A stretch of 64,000 nucleotides of DNA from the human T2T-CHM13v2.0 reference genome, Homo sapiens, in assembly GCA_009914755.4 (NCBI GenBank), contig CP086569.2, positions 13,376,001 to 13,440,000 of the forward strand. The letters run 5' to 3'. Below the pieces are notes generated by a model. That model saw nothing but the letters and a program-made list of their open reading frames with translations. It was not told the origin of the DNA and made no database searches. Positions 1-14,647 of this stretch are shown piece after piece (position 1 is the first letter of the stretch; each line of letters opens with the position of its first letter). The translations under genes and the position numbers were made by a program.

Positions 1-559
1 AAAGGGAAACATCATCAAACCAGAGTTAGAAAGAGTTTCAACTCCACAGATTCTTACTTCCACCACTGTAGAGATTCTCACACTGTGGGTAGCAAGGTGG
101 TTTTAGCTTTGGGTAGATATCTATGGAGAAAACAACATTGCATTGTTATAAAAGAAAATTGTCCTTCCCTTAGGAGCAGCCTGCAGAAACAAGCACATCA
201 GTGTGTCTATCAACCTTGCAGTTTGTTCTCATTTGCTGCCCATGGTGTGTTTATAGATTACCATTGTCCAGTTAAAAATCACTTTGCAGATAGAATTAAA
301 ACCTTGAAACCTGAAACTTAAAAAAAAAAAGGTTTCTGTTTTGTTCCTGAAGTTTGTTTCCATGGCAAGAATCCAGTGTAGCTGTCTGCCATGATGGAAG
401 CAAGTAATACAAAAAAGAAATCTAGGAAGAATTGTCATGGAATAAATTTACCAACAGTTTGATGCCTGTGATGAAAATAACACCAACCTTATATTCCTGG
501 ACCAAACTAAGGGTTGGGCTGCTATTTCTCATGGCCCTATAATGAGACGCAGATGAACT

Positions 560-1215
560 GGGGAGGAAGAGAGTTTTTATTCTGCAACCAGTTACAGGGA
601 GAAGGCCTGGAAATTATCACCAGACTGTTAGAAACAAATGCTTGTTCCTTGGTGCCAAAAAAAAAGAACTAGCACTCAGATGAAGAATTTTCTCAGCAAG
701 GCAATTTTTACTTCTATAGAAGGATGTAACTTGTGGATGGAGCAATGGCAAGAGCACACCAGAACAAGGGAGGGGAAGGGGTTTTGATTCCTGTTGCAGG
801 TCACCTCTGCTGATGAGTCATTCCTCTATCTGGTATGGCTGGGCCACACAGCCTAAGCTAATTCTGATTGGTTATTTTAAAAAGAGCAGGGGTATGAGTC
901 AGAGTGGTGTGGTGAGTAGTTTCATGAGAAGGACGGTTACAGAACAGGTGACTCAGGATGAGTCAGGTCAGAGCAGGTGACCAGGGGTGACTCAAGATGG
1001 AGTACAAGACCAGGGGATCAGAGGTAAACTACTGATTAGAACTGACAGGAAAGTTGTTTACTGAAACTAGAGGCAAGGGGGTGAAGAGAACCAGGAAGTT
1101 GAACTTTAAAATGGAAAACAAAGAATAAAATAGCTGAACATATTGACATACTGATTCTTTGAAGAGAAACTTGGAGTTCACTATATTTAACAATCTCCCA
1201 TCTTGAATTTTTACA
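560..1215 (-). repeat. LTR-like segment A, homologous to 7230-7805
   Basis: About 75 percent identity to 7230-7805 over ~600 bp (e.g. 690-790 vs 7345-7445, 840-900 vs 7520-7580, 1136-1215 vs 7722-7805). Read on the minus strand it has two CCAAT boxes and TATA-like motifs. Confidence 0.4.
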
Positions 1216-2737
1216 GTTCTTTCTTCAAACTTCCTTAACATGTCTTGATTCAGTTGTTCTACTTGATTCTCTAAAAGAAGCTTCTCTGAATAAGGTGAAG
1301 AGTTGAGGAAGGTTTTAGTAAGTGCTGTCTCTATGAGTCTGTGCACCTGCCCATGATTCATGGTATGGCACAGCACCCTACAAGAATAAGTACAGCTGCT
1401 ATGGCTGCGAGAGAAGTAAGAATTGAGGTTGTGATTCTTTTCCATTTACCAAAACATTTTTCTAGCCACCCTGTGAAAGGGTCATTTGCCCCCAAGTTTT
1501 TGGCTAACTCACTGGACAGAGCACTTAGACCTTGCAATGCCTTTGTTATACTTCCATCAGGAGTGGTGTTGTTTGTGATGAACGTAGTACATTGAGTTTT
1601 AATCATGAAGCAAACTCCTCCGCTTTCTGCTAATATCATGTCTAAGCCTATCCTATTTTCCCAAGCCATCTGGCAAGCAGCCCCTAATTGCTCAGCTATT
1701 CCTTTAACAGCATCTCTAGTGTAGTTAATAAAGTGCTGTTTGTTGTATAAATATAATTTATCTAATCTACATGCTTATTAATTGTCACCCACCAAAATAT
1801 TGACAAAAATCCTGCAGCTATTTGATTGTGGGCTTTAAATTTATCTGGTACTCCTTGTGGGACTCCAATTGCATCTAGATAGATGTGTAGGTTAAAAGAC
1901 CCATAAGGGGCTTCTCTTGCTTTATGATATTGCATTTTTCTTTCCTTTGGCTGATAAAATGCCAGTGTGAAAGGGATAGCCAATTGGATTAGAGCACAAG
2001 TGCTGCTCCAGTTACTCAGCAGAGTGTCCAGTAAAGCTCCACCACAGTGCCACCACACATCTGCTAGGGGATGAACAAGGGCCGACTGATTGATAAGCTC
2101 TTGAAAATTCTTACACTCACAGCATCCCCTCAGGTCTCCAAGGATTACTAAGTTTCCTCCTTGTCGTGAGAGACACGAAGTAACTTAGTGTTGGGAGACA
2201 GAAGCTGGATGGCCCTCAGGGGCTGGCCTGCAGGGTGTCAACCTTTGGGATATAGCAGAGAGAGAGCTTGGCACAACTTGTTACCCCAGACTGTGGAATC
2301 CTGGAAAAGAACTACCATACAGCCCATGCCTGGTCAACTGGAGGACCATCCTAGTCGAAATGTGACAATCTGGGCCTCTGGCCTGCCATGCGCACAAGCG
2401 TAACAATTGCTTTTGTTTAATGTGTGGACAGAATATTTGATCCATTCCAATCAGGCATTTGCATCTTGATATCCTGGCTCTATTGCCAGTTTGTTATAAA
2501 TCATTTACCTTTTACAACATCTACTCTGGTCCTATCATTGGGTATGGAAAGGATGACAGTTTGATCAGAAGAAGTTCTAAACAGAGAAGAGGAGCTAGGG
2601 GGTGAAGAGGGTGAGGGATTAATAAAATGCATTTCAAATGAGTCTATGAGGTCTGTGCCAGCCAAGTTAGCTCCCATGTCATAGAAGCAACATAAAGTGG
2701 CGTCAGGATCAGTAGAGGTAAGAATAGAAAGCTGCAT
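1029..2737 (-). pseudogene. Retroviral env remnant (SU C-terminal part plus TM), frameshifted
   Basis: ORFs 2501-2737, 1762-2058, 1358-1669 and 1029-1445 (all minus). The TM fragment has the ISD-like motif AWENRIGLDMILAESGGVCFMIKTQC (degenerate CX6C) followed by the hydrophobic anchor ILTSLAAIAAVLILVGCC. The cytoplasmic tail continues in a shifted frame. Confidence 0.6.
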
Positions 2738-2819
2738 CAGATTGCATTGATATTATTGACAATTAGAGGGAACACTTTATTTGGTGAAATGGAGTAACGG
2801 TTCTAGAGAGGTGCAGCCC

Positions 2820-2940
2820 TTTGAGGAAGTCCACCCTTGTTCCTCAGTGGTCCATAGGAGGGACAGTGCTATGGAGGTCCATAGGACCTCATTAGTGCTA
2901 TGGACCACTTGTTCCTCAGTGGTCCATAGGAGGGAGCTAG
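2820..2940. repeat. Local tandem duplication, about 72-bp period
   Basis: cttgttcctcagtggtccataggaggga occurs at 2836-2863 and again at 2908-2935. The motif tccatagga occurs four times. This also explains the duplicated LLWTTEEQ in ORF 2777-3004. Confidence 0.7.
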
Positions 2941-3699
2941 AAACTAGTCCATGTTTTGTTCCTAAAATGTGAGAAACATAAGGGAGTTGGTCTCTATGAA
3001 GCAAGAGTTGCAGAGGTCAGATGTGCCTTTGGAGAGACAGATATTTTTCTGAGGAGGCCAGTTACCTTTGGTTTTGGAGATCCCTGCAAGGTATGGTGAG
3101 CAAGCATCAAATGTGATTGTCTCAGGAAAAGGTGACCTGGTTACATTAATAACAAGGTGCTCAGCAGTAGAGCAAGGAAAGGAGGAGTTATAAAATAAAT
3201 GGAGGGTTAAACTTTGCTTAGCTTTAGTTTGGTAGAGTTTTGTCCTGGGACTATGGCCCATGACTCCAGAGGGGACAGTGCTCTTTTGACTCAGGTGTGA
3301 TGGGTCCAGCCTCTTTCTGCTGTCCAAACTGCAGTTTCAGTAGTTAGGAGCACTAAGTAATGTCCTTCCCAGGCTGGTTTGAGCTTTTTGCCTTCCAGCT
3401 TTTGATGAGGACATGATCCCCAGGTTGATATTGTTGCCTTGCGAACTCCAGGGGTGGCAACTGTGCTAAGAGACCTTTAGTTTTATGGAAGAGAAAATAG
3501 ATGACAGACCAAGTGTATAATTTTTAAGAAACTGATCTTTTGTTTCAAAGGTAGGAATGTCAGCAGTGGCATGTAAATAAGGCAATATGTACTGCCATCT
3601 CATAAGGAGAAAGACCAGTCTCTTTCTGCAGGGAAGTTCAGATTCTCAGCAGGACAATAAGAAGGCATTTGGTCCATGGTAACTGAATCTCCAGAACCA

Positions 3700-4285
3700 A
3701 TTTGGTTCAGTGGTTTTTTAGAGTTTGGTTCAGTCTTTCCACTCTTCCTGATGAAGGTGGGTGCCAGAGAGTATGATATTCCCATGTCATATCCAGTACC
3801 TGGGCTAATTTTTAATGACATGTGCAGTAAAATTGTAGCAGGACAAACCACAGACAAGCACCCCTCAGACATCAACTTGTGGAAGGAAAGGCCTTTATTC
3901 AGCTGGGAGCATTGGCAAACTCACATCTCCAAAAACCAAGCTCCCCAAGTGAGCAATTTGTGTCCCTTTTAAGGGCTTACAACTCTAAGGGACTCTGCAT
4001 GAGAAAGTTATGATCTATTGAGCAAGCATGGGGTATGTGACTGGGATCTGCATGCACCAGCAATGAGAACAGAACAGTACAGGACAGGGATTTTCACGGT
4101 ACTTTTCCATACAATGTCTGGAATCTATAGATAATATAACCGATAAGGTCGGGGGTCAATCTTTAACTACCAGGTCTGGAATGCAGTGTTAGGCTGCCTG
4201 ACTAGTGATTTCATTTCTGTCTTTTCTTTAACTGCTACTTTTCCTTTGAGGCAGAAATTTAGTCATAAAACAATATGAGAGGTGG
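3700..4285 (-). repeat. Putative 3' LTR of the env-containing provirus
   Basis: Lies directly downstream (minus sense) of the env stop at 4323 and a polypurine tract (minus-strand reading of 4286-4308). A minus-strand AATAAA sits at 3894-3899. The lower boundary is uncertain. Confidence 0.4.
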
Positions 4286-4322
4286 TCTCCTCCCTTGTTC
4301 CCCCACTTTGAAACCTCACTCA

Positions 4323-4796
4323 TTAGTGGGAGTTCTCACTTTCATCCTCACTACTCATGTCTTCTTGCAAGACAGATCGATAGTGATTCATATGGTACAC
4401 TTGTGCTGACACATTTTGGTGAACTTGGGTAGTGATGAAGCTTTTTATCCTTTGAAGAAGTACAGGTAGCAAACAAGGGAGTAGTAAGCAGGTTCCTATT
4501 ACTATTATAACTCCTATTATAAGAGTTTTAAATCCTCCTAGCACTGGGAACCATTTTCCAAACATGGCCCCAGGATCAAATCCATGCCACACTTGCATGG
4601 GCACATGTGCCAGTTTTGTCATATCTCTAACAATGTCTTTAACTACTTCCCCTTGATCATCTATGTGTAGACAGCAATTACTAAGGTTAAATTTCCCACA
4701 GACCTCCCCTTCAGCTGCTAGCAAGTAGTCAAGAGCCAATCTATTTTGATAGATAGCATTTCTCTTCTGAGTTTCTTGCCAGGCCACAATAGTCAA
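4323..4796 (-). pseudogene. Gammaretrovirus-type env TM subunit fragment
   Basis: ORF has the canonical immunosuppressive domain [27 protein letters not shown] (CX6CC) followed by the membrane anchor [19 protein letters not shown]. Confidence 0.8.
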
Positions 4797-4900
4797 GGCT
4801 CTGCGGTTTTATTAGTGATGATTTCTAAGACAGCTTGTAACCCTATGATTCGGTTGAGCATGTAAATGGGGCTCCAGTATCCCCATAAGCCGTCTTGCGC

Positions 4901-5830
4901 CTAAGTAGCAGGCTCATAATAGTGTATGATTCTCTGAGGGGGCCATTCATCATCTTTCCAATTTCCTACAGCCATGCTTCTCTTTTCATGAGAAGCATAT
5001 ACAGGGAAGCCCAGGAGTTCACCTGTTTTTATGGGCAGTAGGAAGAAAGATGGTTTAATAGTGCCAATAACACAACTACCTGCCCGTTGGTCGGGTAATT
5101 TGGCATAAGCTATATGCCCACATATCCAGTATAATCCATTGGGGGCTGTCCAGTCCCGGTGGGACTCCAGGTGGGTCCACACAGTTTGCAACTTTGGAAA
5201 TTTATTAAACAGATTCCTCTCTGTGTGATTTGAACTTCACCAAGTGACAATTTTGGGGTATCATTATACAGTTTCTGTCCCAGACAACTAAGTCATCCTA
5301 CAGGGTGAGAGAATTATTTTTCTTCTCCAGTATGGATTATTGTCCAATAATATAGGCTTTTAGGACCCAGAAATTATCACGGTGATTCTTTTGAGCCAGC
5401 AATTCATCAGTAACTGGGTCTATATTATCGAATTTCTCATGGCCATTGATCTCCCATCACAGTTCCTCCACATACATAACACGAAGTGACATTGAGAGAC
5501 TGGGCTACATGCTCGGCTAATTGCAAAAATAAATTTCTTGTTTTTCCTGGAATTTCTGGTACTGGCACATTCATCATAGAAAGTTTGAAACACTGGCTCA
5601 GGATAGGGTTTAAAAGGAACATGTTCCTTTTAAAGTTCCTAGGCATTCATAGTAACTATAGAACAGAAAGATTGTTTTAACTTGCTGCCCTACCTTGGTA
5701 ACCTGATATATACACTGAGAGCAGTCCTCCATGCGGGGAAAATCAGTGGAAGTTTTTACTATACAAGTCCAAATTATAAGGAAAATGAGTCCCATGATGA
5801 TCCTCCTCATGCTTCAGCCACGTAGACCAG
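4901..5830 (-). pseudogene. Gammaretrovirus-type env SU fragments, frameshifted
   Basis: ORF 4901-5191 contains LYWICGHIAYAKLP...GSC, the conserved SU C-terminal motif. The fragments 5437-5646 and 5610-5810 are contiguous but frameshifted. Confidence 0.6.
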
Positions 5831-6163
5831 TCAGCTTCTGGGTGTGACTGGAACAGGGCTTGTCGTCCTCCTCAGAGTCACTTTGCAGGGGTTGTCCGGG
5901 CTCGGTTTTGCCTCCCAGGTTTCATTGGCTGCAGGTTTCACACGGCTGTGGTGGATCCAGGCTGGGATTCCTTCTACCTTTACAGCCGTGGGGGTGGTCA
6001 GGATGATGGTCTGAGGTCCTTTCCACCGTGGCCCCAAAGGGGCTACGTTCCAGTCCTTGATCCACATGCGATCACTTGGAGAGAAAGGGTGAACTGGAGA
6101 GAATAAGCTGATGGGACACCTCTCATTTGCCCAAGTTGAGATTGTCTGTGTAATTTTTCCCAA
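5831..6163 (-). pseudogene. pol integrase C-terminus
   Basis: PLGPRWKGPQTIILTTPTAVKVEGIPAWIHHSRVKPA matches the MLV IN C-terminus [34 protein letters not shown]. It is followed by the env start, as in gammaretroviruses. Confidence 0.8.
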
Positions 6164-7229
6164 TGCCTGTAGCTGTCAGTGTAATTCAATTCCACCTAAC
6201 TCTCAGGGAGTGCCTGGAAGTCCCCACAGTATAGGAGGAGGCCTATGATACAGTATTTCATAAGGGCAGTATCCTGTTTTCTTAGAAGGCATGAGTCTTA
6301 TTTTAAACAATGCCATAGGAAGGGCATGTATCCACCTTAATCCTGTTTCCTTAATTTTTCCAAATGTATGAGCCACTGCAAGACATACTTAGAATAAGTA
6401 TAGATAGTTCCTTCCTGGTTTTGTATGTACTTCAAAACTTGGCTGAGTGCAAACAGCTCACATGTTTGACCAGACCAATTATTAGGCAATTTTCCTGACT
6501 CTATTATTATAAGAGTTTCTCTGTCAATTTACTGAATACCCATTGTGTCTTTTTCCCTCAATCACCCAGGAGGAACTATCTATAAATAAGTGTCATCCCA
6601 TCCTGAAGGGAGTTTTCTCCTAGGTCTGGTCAGACCTTTATATGGTAATTATTTAAGGATATGATGACTTCAACCAATTCAAGCTCAATTTTCCATTTAC
6701 TTTTGCTAATTAAATGACTTTTTCTAATATTTGACTGAATAAATTTGGAGACTTCGTAAGACTTTGGGTAAGACTGTCTATCAGTTTTACTGTTTTTGAC
6801 TGCAGTGAGGTCTTGTCTCTCAAAGGCAAATAACTCTTGTCTGTCTTCTGCTAACAGAAAAGCCCAGAAGGCATCTTTTAAATCTATTACTGTAAACCAC
6901 TGGTGACTGTATGGGAAAAACAGGGTGGGTAGTTTGGACTATCTGATTAATAATAGCTCTAAGGTCTTGCACTAACCATCTTGCTTCTTTACAGGGAGTA
7001 TTGGAGTCTTATAGGGAGACTTACAGGGCTTAAGAAGCCCATCACAGAGAAGACCTTCAATTATCAATTGCAGGTTTTAAATTTACCCTGGCTTTTAAAG
7101 GAATGGGGTACATTGCTTTCTTGTTCTACTTTCCCAGGGGTGTTTAACTTTTTTAATTTAGCAGGAATTGGAGGAATCTGTAAATTTCCTCGATTCCCAT
7201 CTTTTGTTATGGTGGTGAGAAAGTTTAGG
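6164..7229 (-). mobile_element. Degraded pol remnant, with no ORF support
   Basis: Positional inference only, between the integrase C-terminus and the gag-side segment B. No ORF over 60 aa on the minus strand. pro and RT are largely missing. Confidence 0.25.
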
Positions 7230-7805
7230 AGATGGAGGAATTTTCTAAGATTGATTTAGAGGCCTAGGCCTAAGTGTAACATTAACTCCTGTTATATATA
7301 AAGTTTCAGTGCCACAAAAGAAATAGCAGTCGAATATAAAATTTTCTTTTAAATTCTCAGCAAGGCAAGTTACTTTTATAGAAGTTTGTCCATTACAGAT
7401 GGAATAATGGTGAGTGCATACCTGGACAAGGGAAGGGAAGGGGTTCTTATTCCTGATGCAAGTGGCCCCTGCTGCTGTGTTGTACCCCTATTGGCTAGGG
7501 TTAGATTGCACAGGCTAAACTAATTCTGATTGGCTAATTTAAAGAGAATGATGGGGTGAGTGCCTGGTGGGAGTCAGGGCAGAGCAGGTAGCAGGTAATT
7601 GGAATGAGTTAGGGTGGAGCAGGTGATTGGAATGTAGGGTGGAACAGGTGATAGAAGGAGTCAGGGTGGAGTAAGTAATCGAAAAAGCTTGCTTTATGAG
7701 GAAGTTTAAAAGTAGAAGGCAAAGAATTGAACATACTGACATATTAATTCTTTGAAAAGAAATTTAGAACTCATATCTAACAATCCCTTCCTAATAGATT
7801 TGTAC
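7230..7805 (-). repeat. LTR-like segment B, homologous to 560-1215
   Basis: On the minus strand: tttaaattagccaatcagaattag...agccaataggg...ctataaaagtaac (CCAAT, CCAAT, then TATA). Collinear homology with segment A. Confidence 0.4.
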
Positions 7806-8076
7806 CTGCTTCCAGAATTAAAAGAAATTTAATATTAGCTGATGTGCTTTTATATATGACTTTTGTTCTTTTTCCCATTTGGGACATTCTCTTTTGAAGT
7901 GACCTATTTTTAATTTGAAGCATTTGTTTTGTCCTCTTTCTCTCCCTTTGCCTCTCCCTCTCTCTTTGCCTCTCTGTATCTCTCTCTCTCTCTTTCTCTG
8001 CCTCTCTGTCTCTCTCTTTCTTTCGCTCTCTGACTCTCTCTTTCACTCTCTGACTCTCTCTTTCTCTCTCTCTCAC
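7777..8076 (-). pseudogene. gag charged (E/R-rich) region downstream of capsid
   Basis: ERERESQRVKERVRERKKERDREAEKERERD resembles the MLV CA C-terminal charged helix (EEREERIRRETEEKEERRR). It overlaps a (CT)n-rich tract at 7915-8080. No zinc-knuckle NC is detectable afterwards. Confidence 0.5.
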
Positions 8077-8124
8077 ATATACATTTTGGGCTTCTCTTAG
8101 AAGCTCTTCTATAGGTTTATCTTT

Positions 8125-8439
8125 CTAGTTCTCTATATTTTGTAATTTCTTGTTAATATCTGGCCAGCTGTTAGTGACAAAATGAAATTTTAACATTCCC
8201 TGCCCAGGAGGATCCTCAAGACCAGCATATTTTCTCAATTGTTTCTTTAATCTGTCTAACAATTCTATAGGCCTTTCGTCTTTGTCTTGCTGTATATCAA
8301 ATATTTGGGTAAGATTCTGGGTTCGGGGTACTGATCTTTTAATCCCCTTTATTATCAATTCCTTAATGTCCTGCACATTTTCTTGGTGAGCTGCATTGTT
8401 ATTGTCTCCCCAGTATATGGAGTTCACTATATTTAACAA
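8125..8439 (-). pseudogene. gag capsid (CA) C-terminal domain
   Basis: LLDRLKKQLRKYAGLEDPPGQGMLKFHFVTNSWPDINKKLQNIEN aligns to MLV [49 protein letters not shown]. Confidence 0.75.
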
Positions 8440-8899
8440 GACTAACCTAATATTAGTTTTCCAGAGCTTATATACCTTCCAACCTATATGACATGTAAGT
8501 GTGCATTTATCTAATGATGTAAGTGATTAACTTCTTTTAATCTATAACTAAGGTCTGAGTCCTGAGGACCTTCCTCTGGAGCCTCAGTAAATTGACTTAA
8601 TCTAATGGGTCCAGGTGCCAGGGTGATTACCCATATGTTGTCTCCTGCTAAGTCACAGAGGTTTAGGGAGTTCCTTCAAACCCCCAATAAACGTGTTAGT
8701 GGAGGCCTGGGGAGTTTTTGCAGACCCCCAATAAAACTTGTTTAATCCTAAATGGGTCCTGTTAAGAATTCCTTCATTATTTTGTCACGCTTTAAGGCCC
8801 GGGAAAGTCCTGGAAAAAAACTCCTGGTGGGCTTTTTTTACATTCCAGCCTTTGTATAAGGGCACTGGCTTTTAATATTTAACCACTCAGTCTATACTG

Positions 8900-9500
8900 A
8901 ATCAGGTGTTGTAGGGGCCTGTGTTAGTGAGAACTGGCCTGCCACACTTCCACTCTGTTTCCAAGTGCTCTCACTCATGCACTGTGAAAGGAACATAAAT
9001 CTTGGGGCCCCCAAGTCAGTAAGTTAAAGGGAAATGTCAAGCTGGGGACTGCTTAGGGCCAACCTGCCCCCCATTCTGTTCAAAGTTATCCCACTCCTCA
9101 CTGAGATAGATGCATATCTGATTGCCTTCTTTGGAAAGGGTAATCAGAAACTCAAAAGAATGCAACTGTTTGCTGTCACCTATCTATGACCTGAAAGCCC
9201 CCTCCCTGCTTGGAGTCTTCCTGTCTTTGCTTCAAGCTGTACTGCCTTTCCAGACCTAACCAATGTACTTCTTACATATATTGATTGATATCTCATGTCT
9301 CCCTAAAATGTATAAAACTAAGCTGGGCCCCAACCACCTTGGGCACATGTTGTCAGGACCTTTTGAGTCTATGTCACAGGTGCATCCTCAACTTTGGCAA
9401 AATAAACTTTCTAAATTAACTGAGACCTGCCTCAGATTTTCTGTGTTCATAAAACTGATTATCTTCCTGCCCTCTGAAGCACTATGAGCTTAAATTAATA
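8900..9500 (+). repeat. Plus-oriented LTR-like fragment
   Basis: CCAAT at 9259, TATAAAA at 9311 and AATAAA at 9402 occur in plus-strand order and spacing typical of an ERV1 LTR U3-R. The start boundary is uncertain. Confidence 0.3.
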
Positions 9501-9513
9501 AAGATTAGATTTT

Positions 9514-10414
<901 letters not shown>

Positions 10415-10611
10415 TCAATTAAAAAAAAAGAAGCAGTGAAAACACCCAAAAAGAAAGAAATTGTAGTTTACTTGCAAGTATTTTCTCTTTTCAAAATAGT
10501 AACTCCTAGCTCACCAACCTCTTTCCTAGAAAAAGTAAGGTAAACACTAAACACTACTCAATAGTAGGTGGGTGCCTCTCTATGTAATTTTTTAAAAAAA
10601 CTTCTACTACA

Positions 10612-10916
10612 GGCTGGGAATGATGGCTCATGCCTGTAATCCCAGCATTTTGGGAGGCTGAGGCCAGAGGATTGCTTGAGGCCAGGAGTTTGAGACCAGC
10701 CTGCATAATATAGCAAGAACTTATCTCTACAAAAAATATAAATAAAGAAACAATAACTGGGTATGATGATGCATGCTTATCATCCGAGCTACTTGGGGGG
10801 CTGAGGTGGGAGGATCACTTGAGTCAAGGAGTTTGAGGCTTCATTGAATCGCGATCATTCCAGTGCACTCCAGCCTGAGCAACAGAGCAAGACTCCATCT
10901 CTAAAAGAAAAAAAAG
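10612..10916 (+). mobile_element. Alu (older, AluJ/S-like)
   Basis: Dimeric Alu consensus with A-rich tail. Confidence 0.9.
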
Positions 10917-11870
10917 CTTTATTACACAAGTGTGTGTGTGTGCATGTTCATAATCAAGCTATAGTTTTCTTTGGTGCATGTTAAGATAGACATCAATGTT
11001 GTCTTCCTTTGGTTACCTTTCTTCTCCTTGTCTTTTTAAACTGCTTGTGATATTTTTGAGAGGTATTCCTATTGGTGCTATAGACCCACTTCATTCATAT
11101 CAGCAGCACCATCGCCCAAGTGTCCCGCGATGATGTCACTGGTGAGCATTTCATGTTCTTTCTTTTTCTTATGAACAATGGTGCCACCAGCTTTCCGAGC
11201 TTTCCCCCATGCCCACGTGGTTGCGCTGTTGCTGTTTGTGCATGGCAAGCAGAATCAGTAAGGGAGATTGCTCATATTCGAATGCCCCTGAAGGTCTCTT
11301 CAGGACTTTGATGGGGTTATAATCCCACCAGTAATTGGTCAGATCTTGGGCTGTCTCAAATTGCCATTGCCACACCTTTACTTGAACGTTTTTAAAAATA
11401 AATAAATAAATAAAGCCCAATTGTTTAATTGGTTTAAATTTAAACAGTGGCTTAAATTGGTTTGCAATGGATATGTGTGACCCTGAGGATTTCACACACA
11501 TGTCAGTTGGGCAACTCTGTGATTCCCTCTTTGAATTTTTCTTTTCAGTGAATGGAATGATCATATCTCTCTTCTTTTAGTTGCCTCATAGTTTCTCTCC
11601 TCCATTTTCTTTCTTTCTTTCTTTCTTTTTTTTTTTTGCCATCCATCTGTTTTGGTAGGAGCTATCTATACATAGTTTGCGCTCTATAACCAGAATTTCT
11701 GCATCTATAGATCCAACCAATCTTGTATTGAAAATATTTCAAAAATAAAATATAGCAATCCAATAAAAAGTAATACAAATAAAAATAATATAGTATAACA
11801 ACTATTTGCATAGCATTTACACTGTATCAAGAATTATGAGTAACATAGGGATAATTTAAAGTATAGAAAG

Positions 11871-12204
<334 letters not shown>

Positions 12205-12472
12205 CTACACAGTTTTATATCAGGGACTTCAGCAGCTGTGGATTTTGGTGTCTACAGGGAAGCAGGGGTCTTAAAACTAACCCCCATGAATACTGAAGGG
12301 TGACTGTATTTTGCATATTAAACTTTGCCTGATGATACGAGCAGCAAGGAGCCTCTTCCAGTTGACAGCTCATCTTTTAACGTTTTTAGACCCTGAAGTG
12401 GAACATTATTATTATTATTATTTTTAAAATATACATATAATCTAGTTTACCCATTTTTAAAGGTTGTGTTGT

Positions 12473-12628
12473 GTTTTTTTTGTTTGTTTGTTTTCTTATG
12501 ATAGATTCTCACTCTGTAGCCTCAGCTGGAGTGCAATGACGCGATCTCAGCTCACTGCAACCTCCACCTCTCGAGCTCAAGCAATTCTTATGCCTCAGCC
12601 TGCTGAGTACCTGAGACTGCAGGCGTGG
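12473..12628 (-). mobile_element. Alu, 5'-truncated (right arm)
   Basis: (TTTG)n/poly-T at 12473-12496 then reverse-complement Alu right monomer. Confidence 0.85.
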
Positions 12629-12747
12629 TTATGCTTTTTGTATCTTATATAAGAAAAACTTCCTGACACTGAGGTTATAAGACATTTCCCTCTATTTACA
12701 AAAAATTGTTTTCTTCTACATTCACATATGTAATCCACCTGTAGTTA

Positions 12748-13048
<301 letters not shown>

Positions 13049-13257
13049 TTGCATGAGATTGAGATTTCATCACATACAAGAACAGCCAATTGTCTCAGTC
13101 CTGCCTATGTGGAACTTGGTTTCTTCTTTCATTGTTTTATAGCTGCGACCCCTCTCATATGCCAAGACACAATTTAGTCAGTCTGTTTCAAACCCTTCTG
13201 AACCTATGCATTGCTCAGTTTCTTTGTCTCTGAGCTACGGTTTTCATTTCTTTCTTT

Positions 13258-13633
<376 letters not shown>

Positions 13634-14082
13634 TAATATCTCACACTTAGATCTTTAAATTTCCACTTTTAACTTAACCTGGGGTGCAGGCTGGGTCAAT
13701 ACTCCATTATCATTCAGGGAATCATTCTTTTACTGGGAAGAACCTCTATTTGGGCCTCAAAATTGTTTGCGCCTTGAAGGTTATTTTGTCAGATTTTGCT
13801 AGCCCAGCTTGGCTTTCTTTCCATTGATATTTGCTTTGTGCATTTCTTCCTGGGTATTTTCACTTTCTCTTTGGCATTTTGTTGCAAATGCTTCTCTTGT
13901 AAACAGCATGAAACATTTTAAATTGTACCACCTAATTTCCGTCTTTTTACAGATTTATTAAATCATTCAACATCTAACAGAACTAAGGATACTATTCCTA
14001 CTATTTTACTTTATTTTTCCTTTTTAACTCCTTCCTTCCTAACTTCCATTTACTATTCATGTTTTTTATTTATTATTATAAT

Positions 14083-14255
14083 TTTTTATTTTTGAGACAA
14101 GGCCTGGCTCTGTCACCGAGGCTGAAGTGCAATGGCATGATCTTGGCTCACTGCAGCCTCCAACTCTGGGCCTCAAGTGATCCTCCCACCTTAGCCTCCC
14201 AATTTGCTAGGACTACAGGCGCTCACTGAAACAACGTGGCTAATTTTGGTATTTA
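14083..14255 (-). mobile_element. Alu, partial
   Basis: Poly-T plus reverse-complement right monomer. Confidence 0.8.
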
Positions 14256-14315
14256 ATTTTACTTTTCACTTCTTGTATTTAATTTTATGCTTCATTCTTC
14301 ATTTTCCTCCACTAG

Positions 14316-14647
<332 letters not shown>

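Larger units (their letters stand above)
1..9500 (-). mobile_element. Composite cluster of class I (gammaretrovirus-like) endogenous retrovirus remnants, mostly minus-coding, with heavily frameshifted or deleted gag, pol and env and several LTR-like pieces
   Basis: Minus-strand ORF fragments with diagnostic retroviral motifs (see sub-features), arranged in the order gag then pol then env then purine tract then LTR. No intact ORF longer than 160 aa. Confidence 0.75.
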
